From contig NW_025765736.1 in assembly GCF_003918875.1 (NCBI RefSeq), forward strand, positions 1,364,001-1,428,000: DNA of 64,000 bases, in the 5' to 3' direction. Under the pieces are notes generated by a model, which worked only from the letters and a program-made list of their open reading frames with translations, made no database searches and was not told where the DNA came from. Below, piece by piece: positions 25,169 through 39,478 of this stretch. Position 1 is the first letter of the stretch; each line of letters begins with the position of its first letter. Source of the stretch: Haliotis rubra (Eukaryota). The translations under genes and the position numbers were made by a program.

Positions 25169-27389
25169 CCGGCCTGTCAACATTCTGTCTAGTGTTTCAG
25201 TCAATAAAAGTTTCAATCTATTTTAAATAGGGCGTGCTACGTCGCCTACAGTTACCCGGGTGGGCTGGTGACGATGATATCATTTACAACAGGAGACACT
25301 CTTCTACTGCCGTTCTGTTGTACAAATAATGTACCGTTATTGGTATATCCTCTGTATTCGTGTTCATCTAGATTCGATCAAAGCTGTAGATATGTGTTAA
25401 AAAATAAATCGCATTATCAATATCATGCCGATGTCCTTAATGGGTTTTTGCTGGACATATTTTGTCTCATGAGATTTGTGTGAAAATATATTGTAAGCAC
25501 CTCAATACCGAGCTGATATCAAAATACACAACGGTTAATATATCATGCTCTTAACAATGATAAATACATGCATTCCGGCAGGGTGACCGCGGGTGAAATC
25601 CTGCTTGGTCATTACACTGAACACAAAACGAACACTTTCACCACTGTGCCAACCTGTAGTTCTTTACTGATATTACTGTTTCAGTAAGTTGAGTTTTAAA
25701 ATTTGATTTCAAAATAGTACTATTGAGCTACTCGCCTACCTTTGAAGAACAACATCGGTAAAAACGTAAATATGGCAGGTTCTTTAATACATCCAATACA
25801 TGTGAAGACAGCTAAATTATTTATTCTATTAATATTTTATATATATTTTATAATATTGAGTGTTCCATTTGAAATAGTTTGCCTCATTCCATATTTACCT
25901 TTCGGTGTTTTTCGAACTTTATTTTGTAGGCTACGTTTTCTTCAGTAGTTTCTTTATCTCAACGAAATGAAAATTGTTTACTCTGGAGTCACTTAGTCGT
26001 TCTTAATCCGTCTCATTAGATAATATAAGAAGAACAAGCGTGGCGCCACTGGAAGCACGGGACTATAATCCTGTCACTTGATCGTTTTCTTATAATAACA
26101 GTATATGTACAATAAGTAGGTGATCCTGAAAGACGGTAGCACAGGACAATCGCAACATCTTGTTTAGCAGTTAAAGGAAACAGTGAAGGAAACAAAACCA
26201 TTATAAATTTTATATAGAGAGAAAGAGAGAAATATTTTATTCTGGTGTCATTATATCTAGTGACATTAATTATCTCCATCATCTTTCACGTTCATGGCGG
26301 CGTTTGTTTAATGTACAATGCACTCTCTTTTCCGCGCCCGCCATATAGCTGGAATATTGCTGAGCGCGGCGTATAACTAAACTCATTCACTTGTCCACGC
26401 ATTCTGATGTACACTCCAGTGTGATCTGTTTGGTTGGCATTTTGGAAATTGATGAATAATAAGAAAGGTACAATACTTTATGGATAACAACTTCTTATTT
26501 ATATTATAATGCAACTTTTCTGTATAGATCCTTTTAACGTTGGGAAGTAAGAGTGACAAGCAAACGCCGCATCTTCACATGTAGCTTCCTACGTTCACAT
26601 GTATTATCAACAACTCTCTGTATCTCGGAATCCTCTCCCAGACCCTGGCATTACATGACAAATGCAGACAGACGTCGCCAGTGTAGAGTAGATTGACTCT
26701 GCTCAGATAAACAATTGTTCTGGTTTCAATTTGAATTTCACTTTTCAGTTTGCAAATACTTATCGATGAAGGAGATATGTTAGATTGGGTTGCAAGTCAG
26801 TCGGTGGCATATTCTGTACGTTTTAGAAGAATATATCCTTGTCCAACTTCCTTAAGTGGCATTTAGACGCTGGTATGATGAAGATGAGCACTTTTTATGT
26901 CTGAATATATATAATTTTGATAGTAACAAACAAGCCCATTTATATTGAAAAGGAGCCCTAGGGAGACCAGTGATTCAGAACCTGAGGAAATCTAGACTTG
27001 CTTTATTTAGGGCTTTAGCACTGCAGAGAGGGCTTGGCAGTAGGGAAAATAATGTGGTTCAGGGACTGTGAGACAGACTAATAGCATAACATACGGCCAT
27101 CGTTGACATATGGGACACTGTAAGATCCATGACACATACACATTATATCAGTAATAAAATATGATAACGCATACAGCCATACACACACACACACACACAC
27201 ACTAGATGCGACGTTTCGGTGTAGATCATAGCACCGTTTTCAAGCAAATGTCATCATTTATCAAGGCCCAGCTTCCTCATTCTTCCACATGCTCTGTCTG
27301 AACCATCGCAGTCCTAGCAACGCCGGTTCAGACAGGGTGGACTGTATTCTACATCGCTATTGACAATTTTATGTTGCCACTTTCGCACC

Positions 27390-27820
27390 ACACATTATTA
27401 TGATAACAGTTTGGTGTCAAATAATCACCCGCATTGTCTGATAATTACAATCAGTGGCCTCAAGTAGTTGCTGAAAGGCCAAGTCGTTAGTGTCAGTTGC
27501 GGGTCATAAGGAAACCGTTAATTATTCCGATAGGGGGCGCCACCTTTTCTTCAAGCAGCGGGGACCTGCACGTGGTCGCATTCTGATGCACAAGGTCGTA
27601 GTTTCTAGCAGATGGTTCCTGCCATGTTGACCGGACAATCAGTTATTACACGTGACCAAAACTGATTGTTTTCAACACGGTGTCAGTGTCACAAAATAAT
27701 TCTTCAAACTGACTGGACATCGCGTGAAACACTGTATTCGACAGGTGGCAAAAAATATGAGCGAGATATTTCGAATTGTATCTAGTGTTCACGCTGTCAA
27801 TAAAACCATCAATTTGGTAA
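27390..27820 (+). promoter_or_regulatory. Conserved module C (extended), unit 4
   Basis: Plus-strand CCGATAGGGGGCGCCA at 27527-27542; E-boxes CACGTG, CAGATG and CAGGTG. Confidence 0.6.
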
Positions 27821-29130
27821 CTTGTTTGAGTGGCATTTTAGAAGTTGGGACGTGCAATATTGAACAAACTTTATGGATAACACAAAGAAGTTGTTATCCA
27901 TAAAGTTTTCCAATATTGTCATTTTGGTATTTCTTAAATCTATATTGTTTCTTATATTGACTTATTAACTTTCTGTTAACGTGGCAATACAAGACTGAGA
28001 CATTGCATCTGTGAAATTAGGATTCAATTTCAGAAAGCGGGCAAAGAGACATGTGCTTCAACGATTTGAATCAAACTTACTGTTTTGCCAACATCCCTAA
28101 ACCAACCATCCCGAATTACTTTTTCAACGGAGAAGGTTTTGCCTTTGGTCATAAGTATCGAAAATAATTAAATAAGTTTCATAAATTCCTAAAAACGATT
28201 GATGCCGTCTGATATACTGAAGATGTAATGTTAACATTCATTTTAAATGTTATACAGCATATGTCATCTTAACATTTCATGAAAAACGGGTCTTTTTTTT
28301 CTTTTAAGTTTTTTAATTGACTGAATCCCTTCTCAATGTCCATACACGCATAGGGATATAAATATATAGTTTCCTATGTCCAATTCAAAGTTCGTGATTA
28401 TTGATACAGATATGAACATCCCGCTGCGTTTCCTAATAATAATTAACTGTACAATATTGTATAATAAATGATTAATATAGTCAAACGTCGAGGTGTTCCA
28501 GGGTTCGACACAAACGCCAAATGATGACAAAGTAAGGAATGGACCAAACCTTTACTTCGAGGCAGCCGTTCGACACGTCATAATTTCGACATAACTGTGT
28601 GTGTGAATGGAGGAAAGAAATTCACAGGAAAAAGTCACAGAAAAGTCACAGGAAAAAGTCACAGAACAAAGTCACAGGAAAAAAGTCACAATACAAGAAG
28701 ACAATGGGTTGTAAAATTACCAAAAAACTCTATCTAACTGTTTCTTAATTAAATCGATTTTGCGTTTATTACTTTGATTATGCTTGTTACTATAGTAGTA
28801 ACTGGGTTGCTTCGCAAATATATCTGTATTTAAATTCAGTACATGTATTGTAAAGCTACGTTGAAGGTCCCGGGTGTAACGGTATTTCTCGCGCCTAACA
28901 CTACCCCAATCTGTCTGTAAATTTCAATACCAGTGTAAACATTCCTTCAAACTGTAGGCCATCATCGGGTCATAAAACGTCTTGTTGATAATGTCTGACA
29001 CGACTTATAGACAAGGATGAGTAATGGAGGACGCGAGATGTCAAAATGCCACGCGCCAGTGATGTCTTCCAAACAGTCGGAAACATGATACCCACTCTCA
29101 TCCCTCTCGCTTCACTATCCACGCGAAGAC

Positions 29131-29240
29131 CGTGGGAATGTTCCAGAGATAGCCTTCAATAGACCCCGCGTGACACTTCGCGTCAGCACGCGCTGTGAGG
29201 TCACGTGAACATACGGGCACCTGCTGTGATTAGTGTCAAC
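29131..29240. promoter_or_regulatory. Conserved distal module A (unit 4)
   Basis: Same motif string; CGTGGGAA at 29131-29138, GCACCTGC at 29217-29224. Confidence 0.7.
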
Positions 29241-30064
29241 TTCTCCCGGTAGGGTTCGGGTGTGGTGCGCTTTGTGTCTTTTACGCTCGTTTTGCGGAAA
29301 ATTACCATCGTAAAATTAACTATGATTGGTTTGAAGGAATGTGTGCCTATTTAGGTCTACGACTTGGATTTGGGTAACATCTGGAGGATTAAGGTGCCTG
29401 ATTTTATCTGTGATAGCACTGTACACTGTGGAGCCCTCACAGGTTGCGCTCTTTTCACTGTCGTAAAATTAAAGTAATTGCAATCTGTGAAACTCATTTT
29501 TTGTTTAACAGGATATAATAAATGTTGTGATATTCAAGGTTAAATATTAATAAGTCATTGTCAGTTAGTTCTGGAGAAATGAGTTATAAGGAAGTGAATA
29601 ACGGTATCAGCAGGTGAGTTTCAATGACTTGTCCATGTGTTGGTATCCAAGGAGTCTGTCATACAGACCCCGAAACAGATATATCCAAGAAAGCCCATGC
29701 AAGTCTGAAAATGAAAACATTCTCTGGGATGTTTTTCATTATATTTTATGATAATGTTTTATAAACAGTTTTTCCCCAGTACAATATGTTCATTTCAGGG
29801 ACTAGATGTTATAGTCTAGTAGCCTAGTTACGACGACAGATATTGATAATGTCAATCACTGGATTATTATTGATTATATGGTCATCTAACTTAAATATTA
29901 CTGAGTGGGGCAACCAGACAAGCAAACATGCATGTGATGGCTTCCGTGTACTGCTTGAAAAACACTCGATATGCAGTATTTGTATTTCTGTTCCGTTCAT
30001 GACAGCACGTTCCAATGAGGGCGTTTACTGTTATACTCTAATTAACTCGCATTTTAACTCACCT

Positions 30065-30342
30065 GGTCCCGATTTCTCGAAACAAACTTAAGTCTGACTT
30101 TTGACTTAAGTTAGAGTTCTACTTAAATTTGAGACAATGCAGGAAAATGCATTTCCCAGAATAAACTGAAATCGATATTAAACTCAAACATAGTAAACAA
30201 TTTGAGTTTGGAGGATAGATTACTTAGGTTCTTTGGGCTTTTTTTATTTTACAAATGCACTTGAGTTACAAATTCAGCTGTGTCTAATTGTCAAACTCAG
30301 TTTGAAATTTGAGTTAAAAGTTTGTTTCGAGAAATCGGAGCC
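30065..30342. mobile_element. PIF/Harbinger-type MITE
   Basis: TIR GGTCCCGATTTCTCGAAACAAACTT / AAGTTTGTTTCGAGAAATCGGAGCC with CTG flanks. Smaller similar elements at ~49815-49933 and 57619-57722. Confidence 0.65.
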
Positions 30343-31618
30343 TGGTTTTAGAAAGTGTAACCTGCAAACGCATTGTTTTTAAGAACAGTTTATCACGTAT
30401 ACATAACGACACGTACTCCTTCCTTAATTAGACATGTCCAGTTAGTGTATCCTATGGTAGAAAGGGGTAGTCCAGTGGTTATAGTATTGGTTTATCCCGC
30501 TGCAGGTCAGGTTTGAATCGCAACTCCATGTGGTTGGTTGGTTTGTTGTTTAACGCCGCCCTCAGCAATATTCCAGTTATATGACGGCGGTCTAAAATAT
30601 CGAGTCTGGATCAGACAATCCAGTGATCAACATCATGACGCCCATCCACAACACGTTCGTAGCACTATGCCATTCGTAAGCCTATGGTAAAGTATAGAGA
30701 CATACTGATTATATATAGGATAGCGTTTGTAAGTTTAATCCAATGTGCAGCAAAAAACTCATAACGGGAACGATGGAATGGAAATAAGAAAAACGCAATG
30801 ATATACATTGTTTATTTTATAACACAGGTAAAGAGCACTTCACTTCAAATATTATTTATTATATCGAGCCAAAAGTTTAATTTTAAAGTTTTTTTTATAG
30901 TTCTGAAGTGAAAGTTTTCAAATGTAGTTTGAACAACATGTGTCGCTAGCTGGGTTCGAAACCAAATCGTATTCCGGGAAACTGAACTGAGCAGGCGGTT
31001 AGGATTGGATAATTATTTGTATTATTTCAATAAGTGAAAACCTAGTAGAGAATTCTGCAATGACTTCCCATTTAAAAATGGTGAAACAGTCACATTTCGT
31101 CAACCACCAAAGGACCAGTTATGTTATTGCAGGCTGCTGAATAACCTTGCTCCAAGGCTGTATAGTAGGCTATCCTGCCAAGAGGCAAGTCTAGATAAGC
31201 GGACCCCAGTGTTTTAGAAATTATTATTTAAACTCCTTTTTTTTACCTTAGAGATTTGTGCAAGTCTAGATGTAGACTAACAACTCGTCTCTGAAATGAA
31301 CATATTTTACAGAAAAAAAATCGTGGGAAAAAAAATATAATAAAAAGGAGCCCTGAGACTTTCTTCATTTTCAGAAGCTGTGGCAACCTAGACTTGACAC
31401 ATTTTCTAGACTTTCGTGGGATTTCTTGGGTATATTTGCTTCAGGGTCTGTATGACAGACTAGCCTAGATGCTGACCTGACCAGTTTGTTTGATGAAAGA
31501 AAACCTAATCAGCAGCGGGTTGGTTGTTCTGGGTGTTTGTGTTTTAAATATGGATAACACAAAGGTCGAGTGAAATTCTAAATAATAATAACAGCCTTCC
31601 ACCAACCATACAATTTGT

Positions 31619-31886
31619 GGGTGAGTGAGTGAGTTTAGTTTTACGCCGCACTCAGCAATATTCCAGCTATATGGCGGTGGTCTGTAAATAATCGAGTCTG
31701 GACCAGACAATCCAGTGATCAACAGAATGAGCATCGATCTGCGCAATTGGGAAACGATGACATGTGTCAACCAAGTCAGCGAGCCTGACTACCCGATCCC
31801 GTTAGTCGCCTCTTACGACAAGCGTAGTCGCCTTTTGTAGCAAGCGTGAGTTGCTGAAGACCTATTCTACCCCGGATCTTCACGGG
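31619..31886 (-). mobile_element. SINE family 2
   Basis: Reverse copy with 13-bp TSD CCATACAATTTGT. Confidence 0.85.
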
Positions 31887-32084
31887 CCCATACAATTTGT
31901 ATTCCAACCAACTACGTCTGTCAATTTCGATGCTGTTTTCTTGCATTCTGTGACATCAACCTAGTTGCCTGGTAACCTTTAGTAATATGTAGAACTAACA
32001 CATGGTTTCATTATGCATGATTTATTACATATATGCAAGTTTCGCACAACAATATCACAGCCGGGGGAAAGCGTCAAATAAATA

Positions 32085-33703
32085 TCACCAAGGCCTCCAT
32101 GGAGATTGTTGTTCCATCTTGATGTGTTGGGAGTAGGACCACGTGCTCTGGAGCCACGCTTTTACTCTCGAGTCTTTGTTTACCATTTCTGTTGGTACTT
32201 TACAGAGTTCTGAATCTGAGAGACTTGATGACGGGTAGTGTACCGAACCTTGGGTGGGCTGTTTGGTAAAATCAGGAGAACCAGCATATCCACTGTCAGA
32301 GAAACTGTTGTCTTCCTTCACAGGGGAAGTGCCCATGTACGCATGTGCAGTCGGATACTGATACTGGGAATTGCGGGAAGGTACTGCACTCAGTCTCTCA
32401 TAACACTGTCTTGTGTTTGACGTCATATCCTCTGTTGATGTCACGGGTACCTGTTGAATATGTGTCATACGTCGAGAGATGTGTTTTCTCAGCTGACGAT
32501 GTACATTGTCCGACACTCCCGGCAGAGACTGGATGTAGGAGAGGATTTCTTCAGCACATTTGGAGAAGCCATGTTGGAATCTGGCTTGAACAGCTTCTTT
32601 CACGTGTCTATGTGTTGTGTTGATCTTCCTGACATTCCTCAGATAATCTACAGTCGTCTCCAGAATCTCAGCCTTCTCCATCTTGTCATAGTTGGGGTCC
32701 TGGGGAAATTGGAAGAATATAAATATGAGTTCATGTCATATATTGTGTAAATGAGAAACATACTGTACAGGTGTCAATAAGTCATTATACAAATAATTCA
32801 TCTAGGACATATTTATAAACAATTTGATTTAAACAAAAAACGATTTTAAATTGAAAAGGAGTCCCAGTCGGATGGGAACTTCAGAACCTGTTGAAATCTA
32901 GACTTGCTTAATTTAGGGCATTGGCATTGCAGAGAGGGCTGGGCAGTAGGGAAAATAATGTGGTTCAGAGACTGTGAGACGGACTAATATCTTCGTACAC
33001 CAAATGAAATGTTGCTTACAATATCAATGACCAGATTGCCACATATATATAACTGGTATTATCAGGTCAGGTGTCGGAGATGCACTATGAACACAGTAAA
33101 CACCACAAAGAGCTACTTACATTTTGTAGTTGTGGCGCGCACACGATGCCTTTGATTTCTGTCAGACTCTGGTTGATTCTGGCTCGTCGCCGTTTTTCAG
33201 CCATTAGTTTCCGACCCTGAAGAAAACCATATGAAATTGAAACAACAAATCTAAGGAACGCACAGTGAAAGTTTGAGGACACTGTGGTAAATGTTATGAG
33301 ATTTAATATTCTAAATAAACCGTTAGTTTTTTTAACCTGTTTTTGTTTAAAAAGGCATTCTGTTGTAAATATAAACAATGTGAATATAAATTAATGTATC
33401 TTTGCCTCAGAAGCGATTGTAAAGGGTTATTTTCGAGAAATACATTTGGATTTGAAACGCATTTAGAAGTTGGACGAACATGACACGTTTTTCTGGATAA
33501 CAAATTCTTGTTATTCTTTATACATTTCAGAGCTAATTCTTACTTCATCATTCGTGAAAATGTAATTAGTCACGTGGTGATGTAACTAGACAACATCTTC
33601 CAATTTAAAGCCCTTGACACATAATATACCTGTTTGAAAATAAATCAGTTACCTTTCTGTGGCCCAGATATTCCGATTCTGTGTGACTATCGAATGAATC
33701 CAT
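32085..33703 (-). CDS. Hes: Hes family bHLH-Orange repressor, copy 5 (~253 aa; exons 33653-33703, 33121-33216, 32085-32699)
   Basis: MDSFDSHTESEYLGHRK | GRKLMAEKRRRARINQSLTEIKGIVCAPQLQN | DPNYDKMEKAEILE...QSPWRPW*. Confidence 0.95.
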
Positions 33704-33995
33704 GACTGAGATATGTTCAGCTCTGAGAGACAAGTTGGTGTGATGGAACGCTGCCTCCCCGACCCGGCCTTTATACTACCGACATTCCCCTACCCACGCT
33801 AATCTATGCACAGTTATGTTTTGACATCTGAATAGCCCGGCGCGATCCGATACACGCAGCCAATCAGCGCACGCCTTGGTAAGTGGTGGCACGCGCCGGC
33901 TCGCGCTTAATTTCACCCGGAAGCAGATGTGGTTTCCATGACCTCTCGAAAGTCTGACACTTGATGTAATATTCAAGTGCAGCCGGCCTGTCAAC
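33704..33995 (-). promoter_or_regulatory. Hes copy 5 proximal promoter
   Basis: Same core; TGGCACGCGCC at 33887-33897; distal part diverged (no GCGTGACACGAG). Confidence 0.75.
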
Positions 33996-35659
33996 GCGCC
34001 TTTAATGAGTGTTTGTATATGGCACGTACGATAGCTGAAGCTTTAAAGAAACAATTTTACATACCCATAAATTCTTCTTTAAGAAAAGAATTCATAACCT
34101 CATTACTTGACTAATATCTAGAATTCATAAATTTTGTTTTATATTCTTGAGCACAAACATTTCTGGTGTCCCCAGCCGTGACATTGCTGGAATATTGCTA
34201 AAAGCGGCGTAAAACTGAACTCACTCACTTGAACACAAAACGCTGATGGCATCATATAGCATGAATCGAATAATGTTTTGAAACAAACAAAAAAAGGATT
34301 GCTTTTAGAAGTCATCGGGTGTGATTAATCCCTATTAATCTTCTTAATCTGTCGCGAGACAGATTATCTTGTAATGTTCCAGACTGTAAACAAGCTTACT
34401 ACCTTCAGTCTGCTAAACCAATTATGATTCAGTTCCTATGCTCATCTAACATACACACGTACATTCATGCAAGTATTTTAACACAGTTTTCTTTTAATGT
34501 AAAGAATAGAAACCGGTTTATCGTCTCCATCTAGAACAGATCTGTAAAGACTGGATACTTACAGTTTACTTGAGTGGATTACAATATTTATGGTCTAGCA
34601 TATGTTATGAAGATAGGCGTTTATTCACAATCTGTCTTCTGTGAGAACGGTTTCGCTGCGTTTTATCTTGACATTTAAACACTAAACCCCTAAATGATTC
34701 AAGTTGAGATTTTCCCCAGGTTTCGGATATATTTTACCCGGTAGTTGTTGCGTATGGCTCCATCAACCTCTATGTACATACATGTATTGGTTTGCAACGG
34801 AACTTATGAGAACAATGCTGCGATTCAATAGTCTTCCATAATTCAGTTTTAAAAGCTTCTGTACATTTATACATATATGTATAACATATGTTTGTCTGTT
34901 ATACAGAATTGGTAATATAACTAGAGTCTGCCACATATCCACGCAAACCAAGAAACTCATGTTCAGTTCGGTCACTAAAAGTGAGTGTCATTCTTCAATA
35001 GATCGCAATTTTCTAATGCTAACATAATCATAACATATTGAAAGATATCAAGTGCATGCCAATAATGGTTTAGTCGTAGTTCTTATTAGACCATGTCAAC
35101 GATGAAGTACAAATTAAAACGTTATTATTTCAAACAAAAACAGCCTGTTTACACACTGCTGCATGTAAACACTAGACTATCAACTAGTCTCTGAAATGAA
35201 CATATTTTACTGAAAAAAAGTTCATCGTAAAAAATATATATATATAATGAAAAGGAGCCCTGAGACTTTCTTAATTTTCAGAAGCTAAGGAAATCTAGAC
35301 TTTCCACATTTTCTAGACTTGCGTAGCCTTTCTTGGATATATTTGCTTCAGGGTCTGTACGACAGACTAGTACAACACTGACATTGAATGCAAATTTTGG
35401 ACTGTATCTGACGCTTGGATTAGGCATGTAACATGCTCTGTTGAAGACAAATAAGCATCAAAGATATTGATTTATAATATTTTAAAATGATTGTGAATAT
35501 TAGAAAATGTAGGTGAAGTAAACAGAGAATTCACGTTCGTAAAAATTCAGAAGTGTAATGTCTTATTTATCTTTCAGTATTGTCATCCACGGCAGTTCAA
35601 ATAATAAACACGACCCTATTCCTCTACACCAATAAAGCAACAACGTGATCTCACCCCGA

Positions 35660-35810
35660 CATTATTATGATAACAGTTTGGTGCCAAATAATCACCTGCA
35701 CTGTCTGATAATTACAATCAGTTGTCCCATAAGTAGTTGCTGAAAGGCCAAGTCGTTAGTGTCAGTTGCGGGTCAAAACCGTTAATTATTCCGATAGGGG
35801 GCGCCACCCC
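35660..35810 (+). promoter_or_regulatory. Conserved module C, unit 5
   Basis: Plus-strand CCGATAGGGGGCGCCA at 35791-35806. Confidence 0.6.
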
Positions 35811-35964
35811 CCGAGCAAGCAGCATGCACAGACACGTGTGGACGTGATCTACGTATGTACAGATGTGCATTTGACACGGATGTTTTAGTTCAATTTTAGA
35901 TCAATTTTAGTTGAATCCGTATTGTTTTGTATTGTGAAATGACATTAAATTTCTGTAATAAATG

Positions 35965-36125
35965 TTATACTGTATTTGGGATTACACTTTCACAGTAAAG
36001 TACAGATTCTAGTACTTTTGTTGAGTTGCGTCCCATCCGGGATTCGAACCCACGCCGTCAGAGTCAGGTACCTCGCCAGCACACAAAGTCAGCCGCCTAA
36101 TCCGCTCAGCCACCTCGACTTTCAC
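35965..36125 (-). mobile_element. tRNA(Ser/Leu)-derived SINE-like element
   Basis: Minus strand GTCGAGGTGGCTGAGCGG...GTGGGTTCGAATCCC. Its 3' part recurs at ~10245-10300 and twice at 49440-49570. Confidence 0.6.
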
Positions 36126-37749
36126 TAATATATTTCGCAATAATTTAGCACGTGGGACTAAAAACATAAACTGAAGTGGTACACCTGGTATTGTGGGATT
36201 ATTTAAATGTAAAAACAAACAAATATCATGTGCTTTTTGTGCAACACATTCACAATGTTTGTGACTTGTAATTAAAAAACACGTTTCAAATTATTTACGT
36301 TTTGTTTTTGGGAGCAAAATTACAGGCGTGCACTTTCTTTCCTTCGTCAGTATATGTTCGTTTTCGTTATTCTTTTCTTCTCCTTGTGAAAACATAGAAA
36401 ATGCAACCCATGTTCCCTATCAAGCCATGGGAAACATGATATATACCGGAATCTATTTCCAACCAGTGTTACACTTCCGAAGGAGTGCCACGATAACATG
36501 TTATCAGTTTGAACTTTGACTTCAGATCATGTACACGATCCAGTGGTTAAGTTTTCGCAGATATACTGGTTCCTTTCGACCAAACGCAGATAGTTGATAA
36601 TGCATACGTACTGTGTATATATAAAATATGACTCCCCTATGAAACGCATGTTGTTATCGGGTCGCGTGCCCTACACTATCGGGTCGACCTTGGGGTCAAG
36701 TGAAGATAGTGAAAGGGGACTAAGTCAGAAGCACTAGATGACATCGTCTTCAACTAGATTTGGAGTATATGTGATTCAGTCCAGACGATACCGTTGTGCA
36801 AAACATTTTGTGATAAATGGAACTGGAAGAGCTTTACTTTACCTCACATGACTACATTTTACCCAGATCATACCCAACAAAAGTTATTGGTATGTTGATG
36901 GAACGTTTTTTCTCTGAACGTCCATTGTGATATAAAACACAATGTTGATCTGGAAATATGTCTTCTCTATGAGCGAAAACATTATAGAATGAATGAATGA
37001 AAAACTTTATACAATGAATGAGTGACACCAGAAATGGGCTTCACACATTTTACCCATGTAGGGAAATACAGTGAAGGAAGGAAGGAATTAGCGAAAACCT
37101 TATAGAATGAATGAATGAATGAATGAATGAATTTATACCATGAATGAGTGAATGAGTGAGTTTGATTTTACGCCGCTTTTAGAAATATTCCAGCAATATC
37201 ACGGCGGGGGACACCAGAAATGGGCTTCACACATTTTACCCATGTGGGGAAATACAGTGAATGAATTTAATTTGTCTGTTTTTGTATCCAGTTCTTGTGT
37301 ATTTTGTTTAAATGATATATGTACTGGTGAGGTATTGATATAAGCAGAGTTCTGCTTGTTTACCGAACCAGATTCTTTAGGGATAAAAATATGTTTAAAC
37401 CACAATGAATGAAGGAATGAATGGAGGAAGGAACGAATGAGCGAAAACCTTATAGAATGAATGAATGAATGAATGACACAAAATATACAAACAATACTAT
37501 GATAGGCAAATGACTGACGAATTTAAAGTTCTGTATACTGATCGGGAATCTACCAACATGTTGGACTGCTATAGTTCACAATGAGTAATGAGTGATAATT
37601 CAATGTCGCATTTGTATATACCACACGATGGAAACCAACTATCGGACGAACCTGACTGGACTTGTTAAATCCCCCGTGCCCTAATCTACTTTTAATGTCG
37701 TTATCAAATAAGGGGATCTTATCTCATTTTAACCAAATTTGTCAACTAT

Positions 37750-37972
37750 CAGTTAGATTGTCCGGACCAGCGAGACTCAACGCCGGAGAGGCCATTTACA
37801 GACAATCTTCATCACTGGATGGGTGGGCGTGAACAATGGTATTACGTCATTGTCTCAGTGTGACGTCACAGCAGTGTGTGATATATCCTTGTAGTGTTAT
37901 AATGACGGTAAGTGTCGTGGGGTGTTGACACTAATGGACTTACTCCGCTCTGTCGGACGGGGAAATCAACTA
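37750..37972. promoter_or_regulatory. Conserved distal module B, unit 5 (inverted)
   Basis: Reverse complement aligns to 48373-48600; TGACGTCA at 37861-37868. Confidence 0.6.
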
Positions 37973-39353
37973 AAGAGGTCTTCAACACTTCATTAGACAG
38001 TTATGGAGACGGGGACATTTGTTGATAGGGACAATTGGGGATGACTTGTAAATAAACGAGGTATCAGGGCCAACAAGTGTTCAATGCTTGTTTTATTTAT
38101 CTAGCGTCACAGAAGCGTAATATACAGTTGTCTATTGACCCTGTTGTAATTTGACACTGAAATATTTGTTGGGCTGGCATTGTCGTGGTTCCAATACGAC
38201 ACCTCATTAGACTGACATAAAGCTTTCACGTAAACTCAGCAACAGCGTTTGTAACACACAAATAAGAAACCGAATTTTTAAAGGCATATAAAAAATCCTA
38301 AGTGTTAATGTCCTTTATTCAAATTGTTTAAAAACGCAGTTTTCAATTCATATTGTCGTTTCAAGGACATATGAATCATATTTATGTTAATGTATTATAC
38401 AATAATATTACATTGCACGTGCATATATTTTATTAAAAAAAATTATTTAAATTTAAATACAGTATACATAGACTTTGACAGATGGAACATATTCTGAAGT
38501 CTTTGCAAGTATTTAATTATGTAGAGTTAGATATAGGTAAATCAGTCCCAAAACTACAATTGACGTGATGTAAACTGTAGGCAAAACGTAAGCATAGAAT
38601 ATTCAACAGTGATTTTTAATAGAAAATAGTTCCTTCTCAAAACTGGAAGAAACTCATTCATACTAATGGTTTCCAGTTTTTTAGTCGATGAAAATGCTTG
38701 TCTATGAAACTTAATATTTGACTGACATGGACATCAGAAAGATGACATTCAAACGAAATATCTGTTTTAAACACTTACGCAAGCAACACAAAATATTTAA
38801 ATACTCACAGATAAAGAATATATTTTTACTAAATTTACCCACATAACACCTGTGTGTTGAGTCAGAAATCAAAAAGACATGCACATGTTAATTGTAAAGT
38901 ATTTGCCATACATTTATGTTGTTGATTTGTCGACTGAAAGGGGAATGTTTTATGTGGGTTTCTACATCTCTACTGATGACATGATTGCGTTTATCAGTCG
39001 ATTCTGTCTTGAAGAGATACGTTTTGGACATTCTATCAAGCAATGATAATAGTTTTCAGTTGGTGAACCAAAATGAACTTGATAGCGATCTGGCATCCAT
39101 TGCCATGATAAACATTACTTCGGGAGACACTGCAGGTGGTGGTTTATTACCGAGGTGTCCATTATGAGCGGTGGGGACTGGTATCAGGTGGGGGGTGTCA
39201 TTCAAAACACACCTTGTTTTGGGGTTTGTTGTCACAAATGACTAATCGTGTTCAAAGGGTACGGAAATTAAAAAAAGAGGAATTTACCTGCAACAGTATA
39301 TTCTGCTCATTTCTACTGTATGCCTTGACTTTAGGTTTATCAAACTTTGGGTT

Positions 39354-39478
39354 ATATACTCATGCCAATAATGGTTGTCACCCCATTTTTGTTAATTGGA
39401 GAGGGGTGTGGGGTGTGAGGTGTGTGTGTGGGGGGTGGGGGTGGGGAGGGGTGAGAACCATTATTGGCATGAGTATAT
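39354..39478. mobile_element. Tc1/mariner-type MITE
   Basis: ~30-bp TIR TACTCATGCCAATAATGGTTGTCACCCC with TA flanks; second copy at 47132-47232. Confidence 0.75.

Noticed and set aside
31465-31770. Short ORFs containing LITGLSGPDSIIYRPPPYSWNIA
   Set aside because: Chance translation of SINE family 2.
36025-36120. Possible tRNA-Ser/Leu gene
   Set aside because: The acceptor stem does not pair, the anticodon arm is disrupted, and it is fused to a tail repeated elsewhere; treated as a SINE head. The same applies to the tRNA-like heads at 47980-48039 and 57745-57810.
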